Below, in pieces: positions 14,151 to 25,016 of a stretch of DNA of 64,000 nt (position 1 is the stretch's first letter; each line of letters starts with the position of its first letter). This stretch comes from Eledone cirrhosa (Eukaryota). The notes below the pieces were generated by a model. That model saw nothing but the letters and a program-made list of their open reading frames with translations, did no database searches and had not been told where the DNA came from. The stretch lies in the NCBI GenBank assembly GCA_964016885.1, contig OZ024741.1, forward strand, positions 303,738,001-303,802,000, given 5' to 3'. The translations under genes were made by a program, and so were the position numbers.

Positions 14151-17100
14151 CTACAGGCTGAGGTAGAGAGAAGGCCCATTCACACGGGCCATTCTCGCAA
14201 CTTTCACCCACCTTTCATAAAACTGGCTGGAGTGGAGCACCTCTCTCTCCATCCTGATCCTTCTTCCGAAATGGTATCGGAAAAAAAGGACCAGTTGTTG
14301 GCCGGAGAGAAAGATGTCCGACCTCAGCCCTTTCAGACGCGTCCACCATATAGCCTCTTTTACTATGGCTATTACACAGAGGAAGACCGCCTCTCCTTCA
14401 TTTGTGAAGTGGGGAGGCGGCTTGATCGTTACAATGGACTCGGTGGTCAACCTAATTGGTCCCACCCGTGACAGCAGTTGTTCGACATAGCCCCACAGAT
14501 CGGCAACGCCCGGGAAGTGCACCAATGCGTGCGCGACGGTTTCCTCATCGCGCACGCATCTGGGACAGATCTTTTTCGAGGGGTCCCTACCCGGGCACCC
14601 GTGTCTGTAGAGCTTATCCCGAACGGGCAGAGCCCCTCGGTAGCACTGCCAGGCCAAGGACTTCTGGAAGTTGTCCATAGGTCCCGGGCCGAAAGTCCTA
14701 CCGAATAGACTGGCCAGTTCGTCCTCCTCCATGCCTAGGGTTTCTCCGAGGGCGTCGTCGCACCCGCTAACCACCATCTCTCTATAGAATGACGAGGTGG
14801 AGTCTCCGTCGATAGCCGGGTCCGCCTGCCAGAGAGCCGTGAGCGCCTGGGCACACTCGGTGTGCCAGTCGCCCAGTTTTCTCGGTCTTTGCTTCACCCA
14901 GGACTGCAGCTCGGTGAGCGAGACGAGCCTCGGGAAGGCTCGCCTCACAAACGGGGCCCACACCGGTTGACCGGTGAGGAATACCTGGAGGTGCCTTAGC
15001 CTCAATGCGTGTTTACGCATTTTTAGCCACGGCATCCCCAGCCCTCCTTTCAAAGGGTGTTGACAGCAGATGGATCTCCTCACCAGAGGAGATCTCTTTT
15101 TCCAAAGGAAATAAAAGAGGGCGCGCTCCATTTTGGCGAGGATCTCACCCGGGCAAGGCACGACAGTCAAGCGGTAATAGATGACAGACGCTATGTAAGC
15201 GTTCGCCACCTCCGCCCGACCTTTCAGGGATAGTTTGCACTCGGCCCACTTCTGGGTCAGTGCAAACACCCTATTCGTCACCTCACCCCAGTTTTTCTCC
15301 ACCTGGAGGTCCGGTCCGAACCAGACCCCAAGCAACTTCACCGGGCCCTCCGTCCACCGTCCGACGATACCGTCGTACGACATCGCTTTGCCCCTCCACT
15401 CGCCGAGTTGCAAAGCGACTGACTTGTCCCGGTTCAGCTTAGCTCCTGTCAACCTTTCGTACTCCTCCAGTAAGGTGCCGATTGCCTCGATTTCCGAGGT
15501 GGTCGACACCATTACTGTTACGTCATCGGCATAGGCCGACACCACTTTGCGCAATCCCGGTTCCAAAGGGATGCCCTGCAACAACTCCAACTTCCGCAGT
15601 AGTGGCTCGAGAGCCAATACATACAGAAGGGAGGAGAGAGGGCATCCCTGTCGGATGGAGCGGGAGATTTCGAATTGCTCCGAAAGGTAGCCGTTCACCT
15701 TGACTCTAGAGCAGATGCGGCTGCTGTGCATGGCAGTGATCCAGCCCCTGAAAACGGGTCCGAACCCAGCCGCCGCTAGCACCGCATCCAGGTAACCATG
15801 GTCCACCCTATCGAACGCTTTAGACTGATCTAAATTTATCAGGGCCCCACCAAAGCCGGGTTCGTTCCCAACCCTCTCTATGATGTATCGCATGAGGTGG
15901 AGGTTGTCGTTGATGGACCTGGACGGGATAGCGCATGTCTGCGCATCTCCCACCAGGCCCCCCACGACAAGCGCCAACCTCTTCGCTAACACCTTGGCCA
16001 AAATCTTTAACTCTGCATTTAGCAGAGTTATGGGCCTAAAATTACTAATGTCATCCCCCTTGTTCTCGTCCTTCCTCACTAGCGAGACTACGCCCTTGGT
16101 CACAGAACAGGGAATTCTCCCGTTCTGTTGCCAGTTGCAGTAGACCGCCTCAAGGAGATCGGGGAACAAGTCCGGCATATTAATATATAGTTCGTAGGGC
16201 AGACCATCGAGCCCTGGAGATTTGCGTTTGCCGCATAGGCTCAGCACGTCCCCTATTTCAGCAGCCGAGATCGGCCCGTCGCAGGACCTCGCCTCCCTGT
16301 CCGAAAGACGCGGCAGGCCGTCGAGGTATGGACCGAAATCCACATCCCCAACCGGCCCCCCGCCCCTCCCAAACAATTGAGCAAAGTGCCTTTGAAAGGC
16401 CTCGCACATTTGCTTAGGTTCAAGGATCAACCGTCCATCCTGGTCTCGCAAAGACCGGATAGTGGATTTAATCCCACTTTTCGCTTCTGTCACGCGGGCC
16501 CAGCTAACAGCTTTGGTCCCCTCGTTTCCCAGAGCAGGTATTTTGCTTCGGACAACGCAGCCTTCGTGTTTCGCGTCGAAGAACTGGTTCAAGACCGTTC
16601 TCGACGCTTGCACTCTGGCCACGTTGCCGCTTCTCATTGCCTCTTCAACATTAACTACCAACTCCCTTTCCTTCCTATTTCTATCTGAGGCTAACTCCTT
16701 ACTAACTCCTATTGAAACTACTCTAATCTCTCTTTTTAGAGAGCCCCACCACCTGTTGTTGACGATGGCACCCGTCAACCGCTCCTTAACTAAGGTTCTA
16801 ATCCGGTCCCTGTAAGCTCTACTTGCCGGTAAGGACAAGTTGAGCTTCCAGTAACCGGGCCCCTGCCTATGCGTTCTATCAAGGTGGACTACGCAGGTCA
16901 CTAACTTGTGGTCTGAATAGCCCACCATGAGCATTTCTGGACAACTTAAAAAGTCCCTATCCTTAATTCTAACTAAGAACCTATCTAGGTACGATCTAGA
17001 TTGACCACTGTTATTTGACCAGGTCCAGGTTGGTACAGTCAGAAAATCTAGTCGGTATCTATCGGCCAGGTCAAATCGGCCGATTAACCCCTTAAGGCTG

Positions 17101-17588
17101 TTACACCCCCCTCTATCGGGACATGCCCTTACATAGTCCCAACGTGCATCTAGGATACCATTCCAGTCCCCCACTAAAAGCAAGGAGCGGGACGTCCCTA
17201 GAAAAGTCTCCAGACGATGGAAGAAGTCCGACCGCATTGCCCCAAAAGGGGCGTATACGGCGACAAGCCTAAAAGCTTCGCCTTCACCATTGCCAAGGTC
17301 CAGAACCACGAGTCAACCCTCCGGGTCCAAGTGTACCGTCTGTGTAGCGAGACCCAGATGTTTTTGCAGCAGAACGACAACCCCACCCCAACCTCCGGGC
17401 TGACAGAGAGATGCGTGCATCTCAAAGTCATCAAAGGTGGGGGCTAGCTGTCGCATGCTGCTGATCCGGGCCTCGCAAATAACCATCACATTTATACATT
17501 GTGACCTGAGGTCATTTAGAAGTTTAGCTTGCTTCCAAGGTGAGCCCAGGCCGAGTGCATTTAGACAACCTACTCTTAAGACAGCCAT
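14151..17588 (-). pseudogene. ORF2: apurinic endonuclease + reverse transcriptase, one in-frame stop at 17313-17315
   Basis: GCLNALGL, GDWN, SYLDRFL, SDH (APE); KSPGLDG, FRPITLLN, DQSKAFDRV, RQGCPLS, YADD (RT); ORFs 17313-17588 and 14151-17309 are in frame across PEG*LVVLD. Confidence 0.95.
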
Positions 17589-17611
17589 GTTAGTGGCAAA
17601 GAAAGAGGCAC

Positions 17612-19392
17612 TTACCTCTCTGCGTCCCGGGGTTCGGGCCGCTCAGTTTCCATGGGGCTGGTGGAGGGGTTGATGGGTGGGGTGGTGGTTTGTGGTGGTG
17701 TTGGGGTATTAGTGTGTGGAGGGGTTGGGATCTTTGGAGTTGTGTGGGTGTTTGAGGAGGGGAGGGGAAAACCTTTCAGGAGGACGCGGTTGAGTGGCCT
17801 GGTGCAGGGTGGGCCCACGTCCTCAGGGTAAATGTCTTTCAAAGTTTTGAAAATGTCAAGTGGGATTTTCACCATTTTCAGGTTAGGGAGTCCCATTGCC
17901 GTTACGAAATTCGGCACTTCGGTTTGTATCGAAGGGTTGTTTTCTATTTTTTCAGTTAGGTTTTTATTGTTTTTGTTTATGTATGTGTAGAGTTTTTGTG
18001 TTGTTGTGTTTGTTTTTGCTTGTTGTTGTTGAATGAGTTTGCGTTTTATTGTCTGTGTTGTGTTGTCAGGTGGGGTTATTTTTGTTTGTGTGGTGTGTGT
18101 ACGTTTTTTTCTTTTCACTTTTTGGAAGGGAGCCCCCTCGTCTTCCGACGATATGAGCTCCTCTTCCGTATTGGAGGGGAGGGGTATATCTCCGGGTTGT
18201 GTATGAACTGCGTGTGTTTTTGTATTTGTGTTCTGTGGGGTGGGGCTGGGTGGGACCGTGTTTTGGGTTGTTTTCTTGAGCTGTTGTTGATGTTGTTGTT
18301 GTGGTGGTGGTGGTGGTGTTGTTGGTTTTTGTTGTCGTTCTGGTGGTGATGGTAGTGTATTTTGTTGTTTTTGTGATGGTGGTGTTGGTTGTTTTTGTTG
18401 TTGTTGTGGTGTTTGTAGCAGTGGTTTTTTTGTTGTTAGTAGAGGGCAGGCCGTCCTCAGGTGACCTCTGCCAGCGCAGTGGTAACATGAGGGTCTCCTG
18501 CCTTCCACTGTGATATTTATGAAGGTTCGCTCATCCAGTAGCACTCGGTCGGGTATTCCGGAGATTCTCTCAGGTGTCATCTGTAAGAGAACCTCCAGAC
18601 TTTTCCCCCCGAACAGTCCACTGGTGGACTCCCCTGCTGAAATAAGTATATCCTTTTCTAGGTCGGTAAATCCTGTTAGGACGGACCAGATGTTAATTTC
18701 TGGCGTTGGGCTCCATATTCTTATTCTTTGTGTTCTTCTTCCTTTATATGTGGGGAAGAAGGTGTATTGTGGTGACACTATAGGTGCCACCGAATATTTT
18801 TGCGCCAGCATTTCGTCCTTCATTCGGACCATAATGCTGGCATACAGCTTTCCTCTTTGAATAAAGAGTATGTCGTTTTTAATGTCTTTCAGAACCAGCT
18901 CATTTGACTTTCGGTCAATTGAGCTGGCTTTCTTGTTGCGTTGGTTATGGTCCTGTAGGTTACGGTATTCTTATAAACATGTTGACGCACTTCTTCTGGG
19001 GAGTTGATCGTAAAAGAACCATCCTCCTCAAAAGATACGTATTTTCTAGCCTCTAGCAAATTTTCCTTAGCGTTCGTGATGTCTATGGGTTTGTATTCCG
19101 TGGCTTTCCTGAGTGTTTGGGCAAAAGAAATTTTGTTGTCTTTGTTTGTTGTTGTAATGTTGTTGGTTTCCTTATTTGTGGTGTTATTTTTTTCTTCAAA
19201 ATTAAGTTTTTCATTTGAATTAATATTCTTTTTTTTTTCATTGGAGAGGAGGGGCTGTTCAACAGTTTGAACTGTTGTTTCCTCTTTCCCGCTTATTTTT
19301 TTGGTAGGCGTGGCGTTCGCTTCCAATATGGCGATATCGTGTTCGACGATATCGTTATCAACGATATCGTTATCAACGATATCGATAAACAT
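17612..19392 (-). pseudogene. ORF1 (gag-like zinc-knuckle protein), frameshift near 18900
   Basis: CYHCAGRGHLRTAC knuckle; ORFs 18889-19392 and 17612-18832 are joined by a single frameshift. Confidence 0.8.
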
Positions 19393-19571
19393 TTTTGAAT
19401 TAATTATTTTTCCACCCCAAAAGGGGTGAAAATATATTTACCCTACGTCTATAGTCCCAGACTAGGGGTTAGAGTTAATAATACAAAAGAATTCAAATAA
19501 TTCACTCACAAATATAGCAGGTAAAAATCCCAAATCGCAGAGCCGATATGAAACACGTCTACTATCCTGAG

Positions 19572-19922
19572 ACTGACAGACAGACAGACTGACAGACAGA
19601 CAGACTGACTGACAGACTGACAGACTGACTGACTGACTGATTAACTGACTGATTGACTAACTGACTGACTAACTGACAGGCTGACTGACTGACAGGCTGG
19701 CTGACAGACAGACAGACTGACTGACTGACAGACTGACTAACAGACTGACTGACTGACTGACTGACTGACTGGCTGGCTGACTGACTTGCTGACTGACTGA
19801 CAGGCTGACTGACTGACAGACTGACACACTGACAGACTGACTGACTGACTAACTGACTGACTGACTGGCTGACTGGCTGACTGACTGACTGGCTGACTGA
19901 CTGACTGACTCACTCACTGACT

Positions 19923-19953
<31 letters not shown>

Positions 19954-20402
19954 ACACTGACAGACTGACTGACTGACTAACTGACTGACTGACTGGCTGA
20001 CTGGCTGACTGACTGACTGGCTGACTGACTGACTGACTCACTCACTGACTGACTGACTGACTGACTAACTGACTGACTGACTGACTGGCTGACTGGCTGA
20101 CTGACTGACTGGCTGACTGACTGACTGACTCACTGACTGACTCACTGACTGACTGACTGACTGGCTGACTGACTGACTGACTGACTGGCTGACTGACTGA
20201 CTGACTCACTCACTGACTGACTGACTGACTGGCTGACTGACACACTGACTGACACACTGACTGACAAACTGACAGACTGACTGACTGACAGACTGGCTGA
20301 CTGACAGACAGACTGACTGACTGACTGACTGGCTGACTGACACACTGACTGACACACTGACTGACAGAGTGACTGACAGACTGACTGATTAACTAACTTA
20401 CT
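19572..20402. repeat. (GACT)n/(GACA)n/(GGCT) compound tetranucleotide array
   Basis: Direct inspection. Confidence 0.95.
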
Positions 20403-20725
20403 GATACTAATTTCTAATTTTTGCTGGACCGGCAACTGCTCTGCTTAATCAGCTCTTAATCATCACTGGAATTCTATAAGAATCCAGCTTCGATAAGTCT
20501 CGACAGAAGCGAGGGGATAAGCAACCTTGATAACCGTTAACAAACGAGAAACAGCTGTTGGTTGCTTCCCTTTATTTTTGCCGAGACAAAGTAAGTGACA
20601 TAGTCACTACTTTAAAACTCATAGCGAATAGTCTTCAAAATGTTTTAAATAAACATACAGTATATTATCAAATATACTATACATACATTCATACATGCAT
20701 CGCTATTTCAGAGCACTGATACTAA

Positions 20726-20757
<32 letters not shown>

Positions 20758-20806
20758 TTACACATCCACATATATATGTGTGTGTATATATATATATATA
20801 TATATA

Positions 20807-21657
20807 GTAGAATAATCGAGAATCGGAAAATCAGCTTACGAAATCACGATAAACAATATCCGACATGTGTGGCAGAGGGCTCAATAATTTGGATAAATCA
20901 GAGCTATAACCATCGTTAAATTACCAACACATAGAGATTATGCCTAAAATCACCCGTGCAGCCGAAAAAGAACGACCAGGAAGATTCGGGTCACTCAAAT
21001 AAAATATCAATAAATCAATAAATTAAATGAATGTAAAAAACTCACCCGGACCCGCTAGAAGGGTGTTAAATCTAGCTTCTTGGGTTTCTGCAATTCCTTA
21101 ATCCAATCACTATCAGCCCACATAAAAGATATATAAGACTTCTAGAGAAGGGGTGGACGCGGAAGAGCTTTCTCAACGGGATTTCGTCCGACAATAAAGA
21201 GGAGACCTGTAGCCAAAAACGCACATGGTACTCAGCAAGGGAGATAACCTCTATATTAGCGAAAGATTTCGGTGATGTGCAAATTATGTAAGAATACAAA
21301 ATATCACATATCGAATCAGAGTGCTCAACAGACGTGTTAAAATAAACAGGAGCTATTCATCAGTCAATAAGATCGACCAAAAAAAATAATCAATAAAATT
21401 AACTGGTCAATAGCTAAGGTCTAGAGCTAAATATAGTAGAATAATCGAGAATCGGAAAATCAGCTTACGAAATCACGATAAACAGTATCCGACATGTGTG
21501 GCAGAGGGCTCAATGATTTGGATAAATCAGAGCTATAACCATCGTTAAATTACCAACACATAGAGATTATGCCTAAAATCACCCGTGCAGCCGAAAAAGA
21601 ACGACCAGGAAGATTCGGGTCACTCAAATAAAATATCAATAAATCAATAAATTAAAT
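20807..21657 (-). mobile_element. Non-coding element with 222-bp direct repeats (629-bp period) in (TA)n; pseudo-LTR/retrozyme-like
   Basis: 20807-21028 is nearly identical to 21436-21657; a diverged copy lies at 45695-46152 on the other strand; decayed hammerhead-like motif at ~21180-21240. Confidence 0.65.
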
Positions 21658-21670
21658 ATATATATATATA

Positions 21671-21721
<51 letters not shown>

Positions 21722-21733
21722 ATGTATGTATGT

Positions 21734-23088
21734 TTTCTCTTTCTCTTAATTTCGAGTATATTTTTTTGACCGGCCACCTTCCTGGTGGCAAGGTTGTAAA
21801 AGAAAAGAAATTGTCATCCCTTGAATCGCAAGAATGTTTTGCATATTTTGAAGGTGCCAGCTATCGCAGCCATTTGTAGACTATGAATTAGGGAGCTGCG
21901 CTTTTTGTCCGCAAATCCAAGTTCGGTCATACTTTGGTCCAAGCGGGTTGGTATATAACCCGTAGCACCAATAATGATGGGTATGAAGCTAAAGGTGTAT
22001 CTTGGATACTGGATTTGTAAGCTCCTCATCAATGGTCCGTAGATGTCCTCCTTCTCCTGTATTTTTCTGACAACGTTTACATCAAGTGGGCAGCTGACCT
22101 CCACAACAGAACACGTTTTCAATGTGTGGTCCCAAACTACAATATCAGGCCGGTTGTGCTTTAATTTGGTGGCAGTTTTTATTTTCAGGTTCCACCAGTA
22201 TTCCTTAGTGCCATCTGTCTCAATATATTCTTCCTCGTTTGTTGTTAATTTTGTTTTCCGAAGTGCGTTCCAGATAGTTCTAGCTATCCCATCGTGTCTC
22301 ATGGGGAGGTAGTAGCGAGATGACATTCTTTCGCAGCTGGCAACAATGTGGCTTACATCCTCGATCTTTGTTTTACATAGCCTACATTTATTGTCAGCTG
22401 CTGGCCCTCCTCTTTTGTGCAGCAGATATTTGGTAGGGAGTTCTTGTTCCTGTATTGCATAGAGATATCCCTCAAGGTGTGATGTCATAAACTTGTCGGA
22501 ACTCCATGCCAGGCTTTTTGAGTGGTTTATCCCCTCTATGGTCTGTGTTTTACGCCTCAAGTATCCATGCACAACTTTCTCTGTAAATTGGTCAATTTTT
22601 TTTTCTTGTTTGAACATTGAATAGGATCTTCCGATTTCTCTGGGTGAGAGATTTATATCAGGCTTTATTCCATATCTCTCCTCCAGATCAGTCGCTATTC
22701 TAATGATATTTCTTTTTTCATGCTCATAAACCTGAGCAAGATGGTCGCCAACCTTTTTCCTCTGTTGAAGGTGTTGCTTCAGTGTTACTATCCGGGTCTC
22801 ATATGTTGTTAATATTGATTTTAGAGCCCGGCCACCTTCCTTGCGTGAGAAGTATAGCCTATCCACATCACCATTGATGTTAAAGTTCCCAGTAACACTG
22901 AGAAGTTTACGAGTTCTAACATCCATCTCACTTAGTTCTTGCAATGACCAGTTCAGTAGGCCAAATGTTGGCGTTATAATTGGCACAGCATAGGTATTGT
23001 GGGCAATGTATTTGTTGTATGCTGACAGTTCTGATGACCATATTTTTTTTACTCTTCTGAGGTATTCAGTTCTGGTTCTCTCCTTATT
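21734..23088 (-). mobile_element. 5'-truncated R4/Dong-type (restriction-like endonuclease) non-LTR retrotransposon
   Basis: Open frame with CRLC..EDVSHIVASC, RHD and NRPDIVV...VVEVSCP...KEDIY (PD-D/ExK); (TATG)n on both sides. Confidence 0.9.
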
Positions 23089-23490
23089 TATGTATGTATG
23101 TATGTATGTATGTATGTATGTATGTATATAATGTATACATACATTATAGATATATATATATGTTGAAAAGTGTATACATTTTGGGGTCACCTATATAACT
23201 CATGTGTGTTGATTTTTGTAAACAGAAATCTAACCAACTAGTTTCAGTTCTTGTTAAAACATCAGGGATCGTTTACGTATTTCTGGCTACAAAAAAAAAA
23301 AAAAAAAAATTGATTGTGATTTATCTCCCATGTCTACGTTTTCACAGCAAGGTTAGATGTATGTTTACGAAAAACACATGTAGACACATTTACCTTACAT
23401 TTCTACTTAGAAATGGGAACGCCACTATTTTGACGTTCGACCAGCTACAATTAGCGGTTAAATATCCCTCATACATTATATATATATATT

Positions 23491-23888
23491 CACGAGGGCA
23501 ATCCCAAAAGTAAGGTCTCCTTCCAATATTGCAACTTTTCCGTTAAAATCCTGTGGATGGTGCTTCGGGAAACCTCAGGAACCAAAATGCAGAGAGCATC
23601 CAGAGTGATCCGCCGATCTTTACGCATGGTTTCCTCGGAAGGAGACCCTACTTTTGGGATTGCCCTCGTATATAATAACTGCGCGAAATTCACACTTGGC
23701 GGTAGCGTTCAACGGGAGCTCCATTCTCAACGGCTGCCAAGCCAAAATTGAGCATCCCAGCGAAGCGCGCGCATGCTTGTTTTGGAGTGATGGAAGCACC
23801 AATCACAACAGTGTTGCCAACAGCCGTACGAACAGTTTCTCTGCGTCCCCATCGCTTTGGAGACTTTACTTTTGGGATTACCCTCGTA
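23491..23888 (-). mobile_element. Rearranged mariner-type DNA transposon remnant with three TIRs
   Basis: TIR (t/c)acgaggg(c/t)aatcccaaaagta..gtctcc at 23491(+), 23670(-) and 23888(-); transposase pieces MELPLNATAKCEFRAVI and RKDRRITL...SRSTIHRILTEKL. Confidence 0.8.
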
Positions 23889-23922
23889 TATACATACATA
23901 CATACATACATACATACATACA

Positions 23923-23953
<31 letters not shown>

Positions 23954-24299
23954 GAGAAATACACATAAATATATATGTTCAAATTATAAGGGATATAAAC
24001 CCACCAGTGTGACGAACATATTAACTACGTATACTACAAAGTATGCAAACCGACCATGGTTGGTATGTGTGTGCTTTTTTATATATATTTGTAGGTATGC
24101 ATGTATATACATTCATCCGCGCATATACATATATGTGTGTGTTCGACGCTTGAAGCCAGAAAACTTTTCTTTCTTTGTACTCCAAATTTTAGTGTGTGTC
24201 TTTTTCACAAACCAGACCGCATTCTTCATGCAGAAACTGCATTCTTTTTACCTTCCCTTAGATCAGTTAGGTACTCAATCCTTGTGTTGACTTGACACC

Positions 24300-24560
24300 T
24301 GGTTTCTTTTTGACAGATTTTCCTCCATCTATTACGGTCAACAGCACATTCCTCAAATTCTGATGGTTGTATTCCAATATGCTTGATACTATTCTTCTAT
24401 CTAAGAAGAGGTTTTCCTATGTTTCGCACTCCCGCCTGAAGTTGTCCATAAGTGAGAATTCTCGTCAGTCTTTCATCAATCATCCTAGCACCATGGCCAG
24501 CATATTTTAATTATGACTTTATCAAGAAGGCCTCTGTACTTTGTATATCACAATTCTTCC
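24300..24560 (-). mobile_element. Decayed RTE-type LINE 3' fragment
   Basis: Minus-strand remnants LKYAGH and RNIGKP...W. Confidence 0.5.
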
Positions 24561-24581
24561 TCTATATCTTTTTCTCATTTC

Positions 24582-24638
<57 letters not shown>

Positions 24639-24646
24639 CTCTCTCT

Positions 24647-24736
<90 letters not shown>

Positions 24737-25016
24737 GCTCTCTCCGTCTGGAAGAAATCGACTGGGTTCAAACTTGTTGAAGAAAGGGCTCCACCCGGTT
24801 TAAAATACCCACGAAGCGCTGTATGTCTTCACGGTGCCACTACGACTCTACTACGAGTCACAGATCCATACTTACATACAAGATTTAATGAATATATATA
24901 GTTGCGCAAGCAATGACGAAATAACAGTATATATATTCCCCATAACCACCGTTGAGGTAGCTGGTGAAACAAACATTAGAATGAGACAATGAGACAGCCT
25001 TCTTCTCCTGCTCAAC

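Larger units (their letters stand above)
13927..19571 (-). mobile_element. Near full-length Tx1/L1-clade non-LTR retrotransposon
   Basis: ORF1 with CCHC knuckle, ORF2 with APE, RT and C-terminal Cys motif; AATAAA near the 3' end; (GACA/GACT)n on both flanks. Confidence 0.95.

Noticed and set aside
17313-17315. Programmed readthrough of the ORF2 TGA
   Set aside because: More simply a CpG transition of an Arg codon in a conserved motif
14064-17673. Plus-strand ORFs overlapping the LINE
   Set aside because: Antisense shadows of GC-rich ORF2
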